A stretch of DNA of 64,000 bases from Chiloscyllium plagiosum (lineage: Eukaryota). The number at the start of each line of letters is the position of its first letter. The first letter of the stretch is position 1. Location: contig NC_057719.1 in NCBI RefSeq assembly GCF_004010195.1, forward strand, positions 29,632,419 through 29,696,418, read 5' to 3'. Under the pieces are notes generated by a model that saw nothing but the letters and a program-made list of their open reading frames with translations, made no database searches and was not told the DNA's origin. The position numbers and the translations under genes are program-made. Positions 26,261 to 38,778 of the stretch are shown piece by piece.

Positions 26261-28687
26261 ATGTTAGGCCATTTCAAAGGACAGTGAGAATCAACCACAT
26301 TGCTGTGGGTGTGGAATCACATATAGGCCAGAGAAGGTGAGGGTAGCAGATTTCCTTCCCTGAAAGACATTAGTGAACTAGATGGACTTTTCAGACAATT
26401 GACAATGGTTTTTGGTCATCAGCAGATTCTTAATTTCATATATCTTTTGCGGAATTCAAATTCCACCATCTGCCATGGTAGATTGAAACCTGGGTCCCCA
26501 GAATATTAGTCGAGTTGGTCAACGGAGAACTGTTTTGGCTTTTGAAACCAGATTTTCTGCACAGGTGGCCCAATGTCCTTTGGAGCCACGTAATTATGAA
26601 GAAATGCTAGACACTTCAGAATAGGTTCAACAAATGGCATCTAAGATGGATGTTTGGTTCACTTTGCTGACTGTAGCAGTTGTGTTGTATGCACTTAAAT
26701 CATGTAATTGATGTCGATCTGCCACTATGGTTTCATGCTAGCATCACATTCCAGCAGATGTCAGTTGCATGGGTATGGCTTTTTTTCTTCTTGCCCACAA
26801 GATCTTTCTTAAGGCTTTGTTTGAAGTAAAGGCAATTACAAATTTGGTTAGCCTCTCCACAAGTTCTTCTTCGGAGAATTACATTCATGCCGTTTGCTGT
26901 GGCATCTTATGACAAAGTCATTAACGGACTCCTGGGATTTTTGGTGTACAATATTGTTTAGAGCCTGTTAATCTGAAAGTTAATTCATGCCTTGCACAGG
27001 ATTTCTTTTGTAAGTAGTTTTAATTGGATGAGTAGTTAATATTCTTCAACTTTAAATGTGTTGACATTGGAAAGGTAAGCTTCCTCTTTTAATCTCAATT
27101 GCAAAAGTGGTTTTGTGGCTTGTTGTTTTTGCTTTTCTTTTATAAATTAAAGTTACATGGAAGCCTTCATGCCATCTGGTGCTCCCCCATTCAATTATGA
27201 CAAAATTTTATGCTAATATGGGTGCTATGGAAAGATATAACAATATTTCAGACAGGTCTATAAGATTGCATGGTGCTAAAAATGGCTGTCTTCATTCTTG
27301 TAATTACAGCACAAATGATAGTTGATCACAAATAATGATGAAAAATGAATATTACTTACAAATGTGATGTTCTATTTACAATGAAATTTCACCATGATAC
27401 CAAGTGCCCTCTTAGAGGTTTTCTTTTTCCTTCCCACTGAGTCTAGAAACAGTCCTGAGGTCTACATCTGGGATAGATGGAGCCTGGCCTATAATGGATC
27501 CTGTTGGTGTTGGAATTTTAAATGAATGATACAATTGTGGCTAGATGGCCCAGATATGCTGAAAGTCCTGCCCAGATGTAGGCTCACTGTCCTTGGTTTG
27601 AACTTCTGCAGGGTCAAGGGATGCAATCATAATGGAGGTAGAGGGACTGGGCACTTTAGCAGTCTCCTAAGAGCACATTTTTGAGGAGCCTATATATAGC
27701 TCCTCCTATTAGCACTCTTCTATTTCCTTGTGAGGAAGGGGTGTCTGCAGTGAGACCAAGATCCCTGTCACCCTGCCATTGGTGTTAATCACTTATGTGA
27801 GGGAGTGTCGAAGGTGCATCCTCTGTGTGAACTTCTTCCTCAGAGTGAAAAAGTTTATGATGTCAAGATGAGCTGGTCTCTTTATGGCAGAGACTGCATG
27901 GATGCCACTTAAGCCTGTGCAAGATAAGAATAGGAATGATTTGTGGAAGAGGTGCACGGGGCAGAAATTTGGACATATTAACAATATGGCGGTGGTAATG
28001 GGAAAGCAGTGCAACCTTTGGCCACAAGTCTTAGGTCATTAGGATAAGGATAATACTGGTTCTCGGATGAAAGTGTTAAATAAGGGAAAGGCTAATTACA
28101 ACAGGACTAGGCACAAACTGGAGAAATTAGATTGGCCGCAGCCGTGAGAGCCTTTTAAGATCATAAGACATAGGAGCAGAAATTAAACCATTCAGCCCAT
28201 CGAATCTGCTCCACCATTCAATCATGGTCGATAAGTTTCTCAACTCCATTCTCCTGCTTTCTCCTTATATCCTTTGATCCCCTTGACAATCAAGAGACTT
28301 TCTATCTCTGTTTTAAATATACTCAATGACCTGGCCTCCACAGCCTCTGTGGCAGTGAATTCTACAGATTCACCACTCTCTGGCTGAAGAAGTTTCTCCT
28401 TATCTACATTCTAAAAGGTCTTCCCATTACTCTAAGGCTGTGCCCTCAGGTCCTAGTCTCTCTGACCAATGGAAACATCTTCCCAACATCCACTCTGTCC
28501 AGGCCACTCAGTATTCTCTTAAAAGGAAGTTAATCAGAATTCAGGACCAGCACATTCCTGTAAGATTGAAATTAAGCCCAGCAAGATTTGGGAACCATGG
28601 ATGACAAGACATATTCAAAGTTTAGTTAAAAAATTCAAAGGAAACATTTCTGAGGTTTAGGCGACTGAAATCAGACAAGGCCCTTGT

Positions 28688-28719
28688 CTGAGGAAGGGCA
28701 TGTGCCCGAAACGTCGAAT
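28688..28719 (+). ncRNA. Hammerhead core (PLE family B), stem I 5' strand lost
   Basis: CUGAGGA-a-GGGCA-ug-UGCCC-GAAAC-GUC-gaau. Confidence 0.55.
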
Positions 28720-28994
28720 CTTCTGTTCCCTAGATGCTGCCTGACCTGCTGTGCTGTTCCAGCAATAAAGTTTCAGCCTTGTCTGAAGGAAGCAGGAAAA
28801 AACTTAAACAAGGAATTAGGAGGGCTAATAAGGGCCACTGAATGCCCTTGGCAAATAGGATTAAGGACAATACATGCATAAGGAACATGAACGTAGTTAG
28901 GGAAAGGGTAGGCTCACTCAAGGACAAACAGAACATTTATGCATGGAGCCAGAGAAGGTAGGTGAGGTTGTTATTGGTCTTCACCACTGAGAAG

Positions 28995-29176
28995 TTAAAA
29001 AAATCACACAACACCAGGTTATAGTCCAACAGGTTTATTTGGAAGTACTAGATTTAAGAATGCTGCTCCCTCATCTGAAAGCTATTACTTCCAAACAAAC
29101 CTGTTGGATTATAACCTGGTGTTGTGTGATTTTTAACTTCCACCCCAGTCCACACCAGCACCTCTACATCATGGCT
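28995..29176. mobile_element. Palindromic PLE family A pLTR insertion
   Basis: Inverted arms gttaaaa..aacaccaggttatagtccaacagg; 12-bp TSD acca(c/a)tgagaag. Confidence 0.75.
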
Positions 29177-29449
29177 ACCAATGAGAAGGACATGGATGAT
29201 GGCAAGATTAGGAAGGGGTATGTTTCATATTCTAGGCCATGTTGATGTTAAGGAGGTGGTGGTGTTGGATGTCTTGAAAAACATTAAATTCCCAGAGCCT
29301 GGTGGGATCTATTGGAGTATACTGAGTGAGGAAGAGAAGAGATTGTTGCGGCCTTGACAAAGCTCCCTGAAAGTGGCAATACAAGTGGATAGCCTGGTAA
29401 AGACGACATATGGCATGATTTGCCTTCATTGTTCAGGATGAGGTGGTAC

Positions 29450-30197
29450 CGGCGTTGATAGCCAAGTTCGATACCCATGAGGATGGCCTCATGTCACACT
29501 ACAGGTGACCTGACTACACTACACACACTCTTTTATACATACATATCCTCTCTCTCAGACCCACATACACTTCTCACCCACGCACACACCCTTTCACAGG
29601 CATATACTCAGTCACGCTTGGGCACACACACCACCAAACAAGCAAGCAAGTACGTATATATACACACACACACACAAATATAAGCTATGGGGTGAATTTG
29701 GATTTGAAGAATTATATTATATAAAGATATATTCTATTTTGTTTAAAAAACACACAATCTGCAGGCACTCATTGCAGCCAGTCAATCCATGTGACATTTT
29801 ATAAATTCCTACTTTGGAAATAGAACAAGTCTGACTCAACATTGGGATACAGACAGACACTAATTTCACACCTCCAATGCATGGTCTGAGCTGAGATGTC
29901 ACTTTTTAAAATATAAAACCTTAAGTTATCTCAGGAATGTGACTTGAAAGTAGTTCGGGGATTTACATATTAATGAATCGAAACCTGCAACCCATTCTAG
30001 GAGATGAAAGACTAAACAGTAATCTAGGTTTGTTCATTATATCGTATCAGTTGCATGACACTATGATCTTGTGCTGTAATTTCTGTGTGCTATGATCCTG
30101 CCCCAATAGCTACCTGAAGAAGCAGTAGTGCTCTTAAAGCTGGTACCTCCAAATAAACCTGTTGAATTACAACCTGGTGTTGTGCAATTTTTAACTT
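29450..30197 (+). mobile_element. PLE family A 3' end and pLTR
   Basis: LIAKFDTHEDGL, CA-rich segment, degenerate hammerhead near 30115-30145. Confidence 0.75.
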
Positions 30198-30304
30198 CAT
30201 CGGTCAGAGCATCGAGTGTAAAAGTTGGCAAGTCATGCTACAGCTACACAAAACTTCAGTCACCCTACACTTGGATTATTGCATACAATTGTAGTCACCA
30301 CACT

Positions 30305-31199
30305 AGAGTCATAGAGATGTACAGCATGGAAACAGGCCCTTCGGTCCAAATCGTCCATGCTGACCAGATATCCCAACCAAATCTAATCCCACCTGCCAGC
30401 ACCTGGCCCATATCCCTCCAAACACTTCCTATTCATATATCATATATCCATCCAAACGCCTCTTAAATGTTGCAATTGTACCAGCCTCCACCACATCCTC
30501 TGGCAGCTCATTCCATACACGTACCACCCTCTGCGTGAAAAAGTTCCCCCTTAGGTGTCTTTTATACCTTTCCCCTCTCACCCTAAACCTATGGCCTCTA
30601 GTTCTGGACTCCCCGACCCCAGGGAAAATACTTCGTCTATTTACCCTATCCATGCTCCTCATAATTTTGTAAACCTCTATAAGGTCACGCCTCAGCCTCC
30701 AACGCTCCAGGGAAAACAGCCCCAGCTTTAGCGCAAATCCTCCAACCCTGGCAGCATTCTTGTAAATCTTTTCTAAACCCTTTCAAGTTTCACAACATCT
30801 TTCTGATAGGAAGGAGACCAGAACTGCACGCAATATTCCAACAGTGGCCTAACCAATGTCCTGTACAGCTGCAAAATGACCTTCCAACTCCTATACTCAA
30901 TACTCTGACCAATAAAGGAAAGCATACCAAACGCCTTCTTCACTATCCTATCTACCTGCAACTCCACTTTCAAGGAGCTATGAACCTGCACTCCAAGGTC
31001 TCTTTGTTCAGCAACACTCCCTAGGACCTTACCATTAAGTGTATAAGTCCTGCTAAGATTTGCTTTCCCAAAATGCAGCACCTCGCATTTATTGGAATTA
31101 AACTCCATCTGCCACTTCTCAGCCCTTTGGCTCATCTGGTCCAGATCCTGTTGTAATCTGAGGTAACCCTCTTTGCTGTCCACTACACCTCCAATTTTG
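30305..31199 (-). mobile_element. CR1 3' fragment inserted in a plus-strand CR1 (continues 31200-31670)
   Basis: ORFs 30773-31183 and 30429-30662 are CR1 RT C-terminal segments. Confidence 0.9.
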
Positions 31200-32089
31200 G
31201 AGCCTTTGGAGAGAGTGCAAAAGAGTTTTACTGAATGTTGCCTGAATTTTGAGTGTAGTAGCTGTAAGGAGAGGTTGGATAAACATGGATTGTTTTTGCA
31301 AGAAAAAATTGAGGTTGAGGTTGAGGTTGAGGGATGACTTGACAGAAGTATATAAAATTATGAGAGACATGTAAAAGGTGAATAGTTGGAGTCTTTTTCC
31401 CAGGATGGAAATGTTAAACACAACTGGCCATAGGTTTAAGAGATTGAGAAGCAAGCTTTCTTTACACACAGAGTAATGCACTGCCAGGAGAGGTAGTAGA
31501 AGCTGATACATAGCAATGTTTAAGAGGCATTTAGACAGACAAACGAACAGGCAGGGAATAGAGGTATATGGACCATGTGCAGTTAGTTCGGATTGGTTTA
31601 GATGGCATCATGCTCAGCACAGACATGTTAGGCCAAAGGGTCTGTTCCTAAGCTGTACTGTTCTATGTTCTAGTTGCTGATAACTGGAAGTCTCAACATT
31701 ACAACATTGGTTTTAATGTCTTTTCCCAATAAGGTGAAGATTCGCTCCTCACTAGGGGTAAGGAGATGAATGTTGAGTACTCCACCACCTGTCTTGGGCC
31801 TTCTAGCCCTATGGTGTGTTGTTTTCTCCTGAAATGAATGAAATGCAGGGATTGAGTAAGGTGAAAGTGGACAGCACTGCTGTTAGTATTAGTGCTGTTG
31901 TGAGAAAAGTGATGAGGTGTTCCTTCTGAGTAAGAAGAGTCAGAACGAACACCTCATCACTTTTCTCAGCGGGCAAATAGAGTATGTAGTTTGCGGATAG
32001 AGTGGGTGGGAATGATTGAGAGAAGATGACATGAGCCTTGGTGGGACCTACGTGCAGTGATAGAGATAAAGCAAATGGGAAGAAGCAGA

Positions 32090-32320
32090 GAGCAGAAATG
32101 GTGGTACTTACCCTTATGAGTGCAGAACATACTTGTAGCATTGCTGGGAGTTTCTCCAGATCTTGAAAACTGCATTGAGCAAGGTGGCAAATCTGGATCA
32201 AGCTGACAGGGTGTAAGTGGTGTGGTTTCTTGGGCAATTTTGAATCAATATATTGGCTGCCCTCTCTGTCATCAAAGCAGGGTGCTAAATTTCCTCAATC
32301 AGCCATCTCTTGTGCAGCTA
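32090..32320 (-). mobile_element. Possible Harbinger-type Myb/SANT remnant
   Basis: APCFDD...LNAV.SRS...QQCYK followed by gtaag; a similar AVSAIKR motif occurs near 27860-27910. Confidence 0.3.
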
Positions 32321-32789
32321 TTCACACATCGAAACTATGCAGTCTTCTTCTTGACTTGCTGTACTTGAACAGCTCCATATTTGTACTTTATATGTTGTTG
32401 GCAGCAAGAAACCTATAAGATCCTAACAGTGGTAATCATTTTTACTGCTGACTACCATGAAAGTAAACCATGGAGGCATGGTTCATGCTTACTGTGGTGA
32501 GCACGATACAATTACATGAAGAGGCTCAGCAGATCCACAGAGAATAACCCTCCAGACCAGAGCCCATCAAATTATTTTAAGAAGGTAGTTTAGACCCTAA
32601 AGTTTTCTTATTTTAAAGGTAGATGTGAACTATATGTTCCAGATGTGATGAGACTGGTCAAGCCACTTGACATTAAGCAAAACACAATAAATTAAACACT
32701 ACAGTTAAAATACAAACAAAAGAAAGAGGAATTTAAAAACTTGAACATTGGAAATGTTAACCGAATAATAGGTACACTAATTAACTGTT

Positions 32790-32994
32790 CTAGGAGAAAG
32801 TGAGGACTGCAGATGCTGGAGATCAGAGCTGAAAATGTGTTGCTGGAAAAGTGCAGCAGGTCAGGCAGCATCCAAGGAGCAGGAGAATCAATGTTTCGGG
32901 CATTTCCTGAAGAAGGGCTCATGCCCGAAACGTCGATTCTCCTGCTCCTTGGATGCTGCCTAACCTGCTGCGCTTTTCCAGCAACACATTTTCA
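32790..32994. mobile_element. Palindromic PLE family B insertion within an LTR-like repeat (about 32540-33400)
   Basis: 74-bp inverted arms; 16-bp TSD acactaattaactgtt. Confidence 0.85.
32903..32938 (+). ncRNA. Minimal hammerhead motif (PLE family B)
   Basis: uuc-CUGAAGA-a-GGGC-ucau-GCCC-GAAAC-GUC-gauu. Confidence 0.65.
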
Positions 32995-35497
32995 ACACTA
33001 ATTAACTGTTTCAATATAATAACATCCCACAATCACACCCTTAGCAAAAAGGTAAATTCAGACACAGATTCTCACATACAGTTCTCCATTCCAGGAAGAA
33101 ACAACATCAAGGGTGATTTCAGAGAAGGTAGTAGCCAGGGAATCATTCACTGAAGCTCCAACTCGTCTAGGACCCACATAGCTTCTGACTACTAAAGCTA
33201 AGAAAAATTAGAAAGCCTGGTCGGTGAGAACTGGCCACTCCCCTTCCGTTGTTATAACTGTTTTTAAAAAAAAACCTAAATGCCTCCCAAGTTATTTACT
33301 TCAGCCATTTTCATAGCCACTTTGGCACTTCCACCTTTACAATCTCTCTTCAAAAAAAACCAGAATAAAATAACCTTTTGAAAGTGACAGCATCGTCACA
33401 TACTTAGCTCCAAATCCTTCCTCAGGTGTCACCAAATGCAGGAATGCCTCAACTCTGTTTACCTCACTCTTCTTTTTTGAGATCTTCCTTGAAACTTAAT
33501 AAAAGCAAAGCATGACAGATATTATGGATCAAAAAACAAAAACAGAAGTTCTGGAGAAGTTCAACAGATCTGTTAGCATCTGTGGAGAGAGAAACAAAGT
33601 TAACATTTGAGTCTAATAAGACTTCAGAAAAAGTTCTTCAGCTTCTGGTTCTCTGTTCTTCTGTTTTTGTTCTTTGAAAACTACTACTATGACCAAACAT
33701 GATTGTGAACACCATGCAACAAACCATGCTAACTCCTCTGCCGTGTCCCCTCCCCCTACACAGCACTCCCCAAACAACCCTAATCCAAACAATGGCCTGG
33801 AGCAAACAATCATTCCAGCATACATGGGAGTACTGCCGGGCACCTACAGAATCCTAATCATAGTAGACTCGAAGGAACTGTCTGGGAAACTGAAGATTCA
33901 TTTGGACAATTCCACTATGCTTGGATGTTTCCACAAATTTGCATTTTGATTATAAAGTTCAAAATGTTCTGATGAAAGTAAATGAATAGTTACTCAGGAA
34001 ATGTTAGACTATAAATACACAGTCTAACTCCTGTTTAAGTTTTAAACTAAGTTAATACTGACCTCACACACTCCAACTACTCCTCTCAGACCCTGACCTC
34101 ACCTCACCCCACCCCACTCCTATTCCCCCAAGACCTAATATTGCACCAAGTTCTGGACCCAACATCCCTCTTTTCCATGCTGTACCTACCTCCATCCATC
34201 CTCCAATGCATTCCTCTCTCTTTTCCTTCTCCTAATCCACTCCTCCATCACTCTCTAACTTTCAGAGTACAACAGTTGACTGCTGTGCAAAGGAGTGCAG
34301 TTGCCTTTTCCTAACAGTTCTGCACTATGAGCAACCTACCAAGTATACTTCACATTTTCAAAGAAATGCTGATTGGAATCTCTGGTCAAAAATGAGGAGC
34401 CCTTTCATTTTGTAAAATAGAGTGGGAATTTCTTAAAAAGTCTAGCCCAATGTCTGTCTTTGCCTCAGTTATAGTTTTTCCAACTTGTACATTGTGCTAG
34501 TGTTTCTAATGTCAAAGTGTTCAGAAATGTATTTTTAAGAATTAAATTTTTATTAAGGACAATAACACAAAAGACCAGAGCAGCTTGTTTCACAGCAAAA
34601 TAGATTGGAATTTATAATCACTTTATATGTTCAAAATTATTTGACTGTATCAATAGCTAATTAGCCATAGTCCACAAAAGATCATAGCAATCGCTCCCCA
34701 GAGACAGATTATTAGTTACATAGCTTGAGGGATACCATTCCATATCAAACATGGGAAATGTCAAGAAAGCAGGCTTCCATGAATGACTACAGCCAGTAGT
34801 TGTTGAACCCATGCTGCTGGCATCATACTACACCACACTCTTTGCCAACAGAGCCAACTAACCACCACAAATCTAATATTGCTAAGTGTAATTTGTTAAA
34901 AACAAAATGAATCCAAAAAGTAAAGGTAACCTATCAGATGAACAGCTGAATTCTTTATGCCAGTTTCACATTTTGTATTTGGTGTACCTGCAAATTGGAG
35001 GTAGTAACTTGGAGAGTTACTAGCCTGCAAAGCCCATATTCCCTAAATGAATTAAAAGAAGTGTACGTAAGAAGTTTATGTCATACTTCATTTTTAAAAT
35101 AAATTCACTCCATGTCAATAATAATTTGAGATCGTAAGTCTGAACTTAACTGAAATATGGAAATGTGTTAGCATAATAAAAACTGATATTTAAAGTTTTA
35201 CATAGAGGATTAATAAAAAAATATAAAAGTCAGAGAGCAAGCCTTTCTATCAGGTAGCATATCCATCTTAAGTTTGTGTGAAATACCCAATTTTTTAATG
35301 TTGAAAAATAGTATGTCAATTATTAATGTTTTAAGCAGCATGCCAATAAAAAGAATTGAAAAAGTAAGCCTAAGATTTAAAAAAAAGTATACACACAGCT
35401 CAAGTGGAAGAGTCAATTGATTGAAAACAATTTTTTTTCCAATTTTAGTGTATACAGTCAAAGAAATCAGAGAAGTTAACATCAATGTTGATCATAC

Positions 35498-35623
35498 CTG
35501 CGTAATCTTGGATTCAGCAATCATTTGCAGAGCTGCTAGAGTTTCTTCCTCCATTACAATGGACCCATTCAGATAAGTGAGAGTCTTTAATTGGCCAATG
35601 ACAAGCGGACGTAATAAATCAGG
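35498..35623 (-). CDS. LRRC9: LRRC9 exon, PDLLRPLVIGQLKTLTYLNGSIVMEEETLAALQMIAESKITQ (LRR cap)
   Basis: tag acceptor, gtatga donor, 126 nt, phase 0/0, LRRcap motif. Confidence 0.92.
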
Positions 35624-36434
35624 CTATTAAAAAATTTGATATGGGTAAAAACAATGATTAGGCTTATTGGAATCAATTAAGTTAGTTTATTTTAAAGCAG
35701 AACCAAATTGACATCTATAATATAAACCCATTCAATGGAAAATGTGAAATTATGCAAATGAATTAGTATTTAATGAATTAACTTGTCTTTCAGAGTAAGG
35801 ATCGCCTTGCCAATCTCCACCAGTCCAAAGATGCATCATCATATTTGGTGATGTAGAACTTTAGGTTACCCAAGTATAATTGTTTCTTGCATTTGATAAT
35901 CATAAGACAAGCTGGCCTAATATTTTATGAATTGATTATTCAACATAATAAACATAGATTCTGTTCTTTTCTCTAGCAGAGACTGGGAACTCAGCAAAAT
36001 TGAGGCTTGACCCTGCATTGCTGCATTCCACAATGTGATAGATTGTGAACCATCTTTCCAGTTACACATTTTGAAAATGGGAATAGATAATGACATCAAA
36101 CAATAAAGATGGTTCACTATTCATTCTGTAGGTTAATCCACCTAGTTTTAAAACTCGGTATAATGTTGAAGGGTCATTGTGTACGTAATTTTGTTCACAG
36201 CAATGTGTTGTCATTTGACTACATATTTTCACTTCAAAGTAGTTGAAGAAATACTAACTGACTATATAAGCGAAACAATGTATGGAAATGTTTTAAGTAT
36301 TGTAAACAGTTGGATCCATGAATTAATGAAAAATGCTCTTGAAAATGAATTTAAATAAAACTAATTGAAATTTAAAATAATCTAAATCACATTCTGTTGT
36401 TTATCTTTGTCATTTAAACACCAATGAAACATAC

Positions 36435-36626
36435 CTTTTTCCATGGATTGTGACTGAGATCAAGTGTAAGAAGTTCAAATGCATGTTTATGAAGAACTCC
36501 TATTTCTTTCTTGATGTAAGTCAATTGATTCCAACTCAGGTCCAAATAGTTGAGATTCTCCATTCCAGTGAAACCATCTAAAGTTATCAACTGGTTGTGG
36601 CTTGCATCCAAAAATCTTAGATGAGA
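36435..36626 (-). CDS. LRRC9: LRRC9 exon, SHLRFLDASHNQLITLDGF...LDLSWNQL...LDLSHNPWKK
   Basis: cag acceptor, gtatgt donor, 192 nt, phase 0/0. LDASHN/LDLSWNQL/HNPW motifs characteristic of LRRC9. Confidence 0.94.
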
Positions 36627-37291
36627 CTGCAGAAGTTTAAATTACTAGATTCAGAATCAAGGAACAAGGTAAAGGAAATTAACAATGGAAAAAAGAATTT
36701 AGGATTGTCAGTTAGGTTCACAGTGGGGCTGACTTCCCTAAATTTTGCAGATTAAAGGAGCATTTACATTTACTGCATTTGTTTCAACTCAACAAAATAA
36801 GTGACAGCCATTCACTTTTTGACACAACACCCTGCTGAGAGTCACCTGACTGGTTTAAAATGTAAACAAAACCTGATAGTTAACTGTGACTCATGATTAT
36901 CTAGTGTTCTCCATGGCAATATCTCTACCAATCACAGTCCAACTGCCAACTAATCATCCCTCTCCACTCAAATAGCATTAAAATGTTAGTTTCCCCTTAA
37001 ACTGGCAGTCTTGTGAATTGTAATGATGAGGGCAAGCCAAAAAGCTTTGACAAAATCTCTCTCTCTTTTTCAGCAATATTGAAGTTCTGCACTTTAATAT
37101 TGTGAAACATCTCAAGGCTGGACAACTTTCAGATATTGAGACTAACCACATTAACACAGAACATGGAACAATACAGTACAGAAACAGACTCTTTGGCCCA
37201 TCATGTCTGTGCCAACCATGATGCTATTCTAAATTAATTCAATCTGCCTGCACATGGCCCATATCCCATATATTCCTTGTCTGTTCACGTC

Positions 37292-37762
37292 TGTATGAAT
37301 GAGAAATTCCTGGAGAGCTAACTGCCCATCTAACATCTTTCTCTCAAACAAATTAGAAAACACTCTCTATCCTTTTCATGTGAAACATACTTACAGTAAA
37401 GAGAAAGACAATGACCCAGGGAGATCAGTAGCAGAACAGTGAAGACACAGAAGACAACATAGACTATGTGGTTTTGAAATGAAGTTGATGTAATTTTAAT
37501 AAGTATCTCATTGGAACAGCATTTTGTTATAGAGTTGGAGACAGATAGCAAGCAGTTAAGAGAGAGGGAGGCTTAGCTTTATGAATAATTATTTGTTTTG
37601 TTTAATGTTCACTTTTAGATGAGAAAATAAACTGATGTTATTTTCTTTAAATAGTGGAATTTGGGAGTTCTCTGTCACTCATATTTTAAGAGATTATGAG
37701 GTGGCAAGCTTTTCTGTGTGTTTGGTTTAATTAACAGAGGGGTTCGCCTCAGTGTCATAACA
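37292..37762 (+). mobile_element. Internally deleted solo LTR of the 4167-4925 family
   Basis: Colinear similarity to about 4480-4925; ends TCATAACA. Confidence 0.7.
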
Positions 37763-38326
37763 CTAATGAAAAACTGAAACAGATGCAACTTGACTTGCCA
37801 ACTTTTAGATTCAATGCCCTGACCAATGAAGACAAGCACACCACACACATCTTTACCCACCTTATCCACTTGCATTGCTCCTTTCAGGGAGCTATGGACT
37901 GGCACCCCAAACCCCCTCTGTATATCAGTGCTCAGGGCTCAACCATTTTCTGTATATTTTCCTCTTGTAATAGATCTCCTAAGATGCATTACTTCACACC
38001 TGTCCATATTAAACTCCACTTCCTATTTCTCCATCCAACTTTTTACTGGTCTATATCTTGCTGTCTAGAACAGGAGCAAGGATGTTGTTGGAGTTATACA
38101 GGGCCCTGGTGAGGGCACCCGAGAATAGCGTGCGCAATTTTGGTCTCCTTTTCTGAGGAAGGATGCTCATGCTCTCTCTCTCTCTCTCTCGTGCAGCGAA
38201 GGTTTACCAGGCTGATTCAGAGGATAGCGAGACTGACGCATGAGGATTGATTGACGAGGCCTAGGTTAGTTGAAACTTTATTGCTGGAACAGCACAGCAG
38301 GTCAGGCAGCATCCAGGGAACAGGAG

Positions 38327-38362
38327 ATTCGACGTTTCGGGCACAGGCCCTTCTTCAGGAAT
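38327..38362 (-). ncRNA. Minimal type I hammerhead ribozyme, intact
   Basis: AUUC-CUGAAGA-a-GGGC-cugu-GCCC-GAAAC-GUC-GAAU; stem I AUUC/GAAU, palindromic ACGU stem III. Confidence 0.8.
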
Positions 38363-38646
38363 GAGCAGAGAGTGTTCAGCAGGAGAAGATAAAAGGTAGG
38401 GAGGAGGGACTTGGAGGAGGGGAGTTGGCAGAGGAGATGACCTGGGGTGTGCAGTGAGAGAGGGACTCACTGAAATCTTTGTAGAGAGAGGCAGAGAGCT
38501 TCTTCAAGGAAGGCATCCTTGTAAGAGGATTCGCAGTAGGTTGAAATCTTCGAGGAGAAAGTGAGATCTGCAGATGCTGGAGATCAAAGTTGAAACTTTA
38601 TTGCTGGAACAGCACAGCAGGTCAGGCAGCATCCAGGGAACAGGAG

Positions 38647-38682
38647 ATTCGACATTTCGGGCACAGGCCCTTCTTCAGGAAT
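38647..38682 (-). ncRNA. Minimal hammerhead, tandem copy (GAAAU variant)
   Basis: Identical to 38327-38362 except C>U in stem III. Confidence 0.7.
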
Positions 38683-38778
38683 GAGCAGAGAGTGTTAGAT
38701 CTTTGTAGAGAGAGGCAGAGAGCTTCTTCAAGGAAGGCATCCTTGTAAGAGGATTCGCAGTAGGTTGAAATCTTCGAG

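Larger units (their letters stand above)
21425..27020 (+). pseudogene. Candidate decayed FASTKD5-like gene in two pieces (about 21425-22120 and 26510-27020), split by a LINE/SINE insertion
   Basis: Colinear fragments in shifting frames resemble FASTKD5 as I remember it: RVYS..SQLLEV, AMLLC, WDRKKPSSLD, QFRGFTATSLV, CFGF, VIMKK, HYGFM, C*SK, GLLG, PVNL..CLAQDF. No search was run. Confidence 0.45.
28000..29450 (+). mobile_element. Degraded CR1 ORF2 with nested CR1 tail (28160-28518, minus) and PLE fragments
   Basis: CR1 linker-region similarity; nested tail nearly identical to 14590-14940. Confidence 0.6.

Noticed and set aside
26535..26560. KIWFQK homeobox-like peptide on the minus strand
   Set aside because: No NRR and no upstream homeodomain helices; better explained by the plus-strand pseudogene candidate.
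12655..37095. Additional hammerhead-like remnants (about 12750-12795, 21240-21275, 33600-33630, 37020-37050)
   Set aside because: Core nucleotides or stems are too decayed to call as ribozymes; these are old pLTR relics only.
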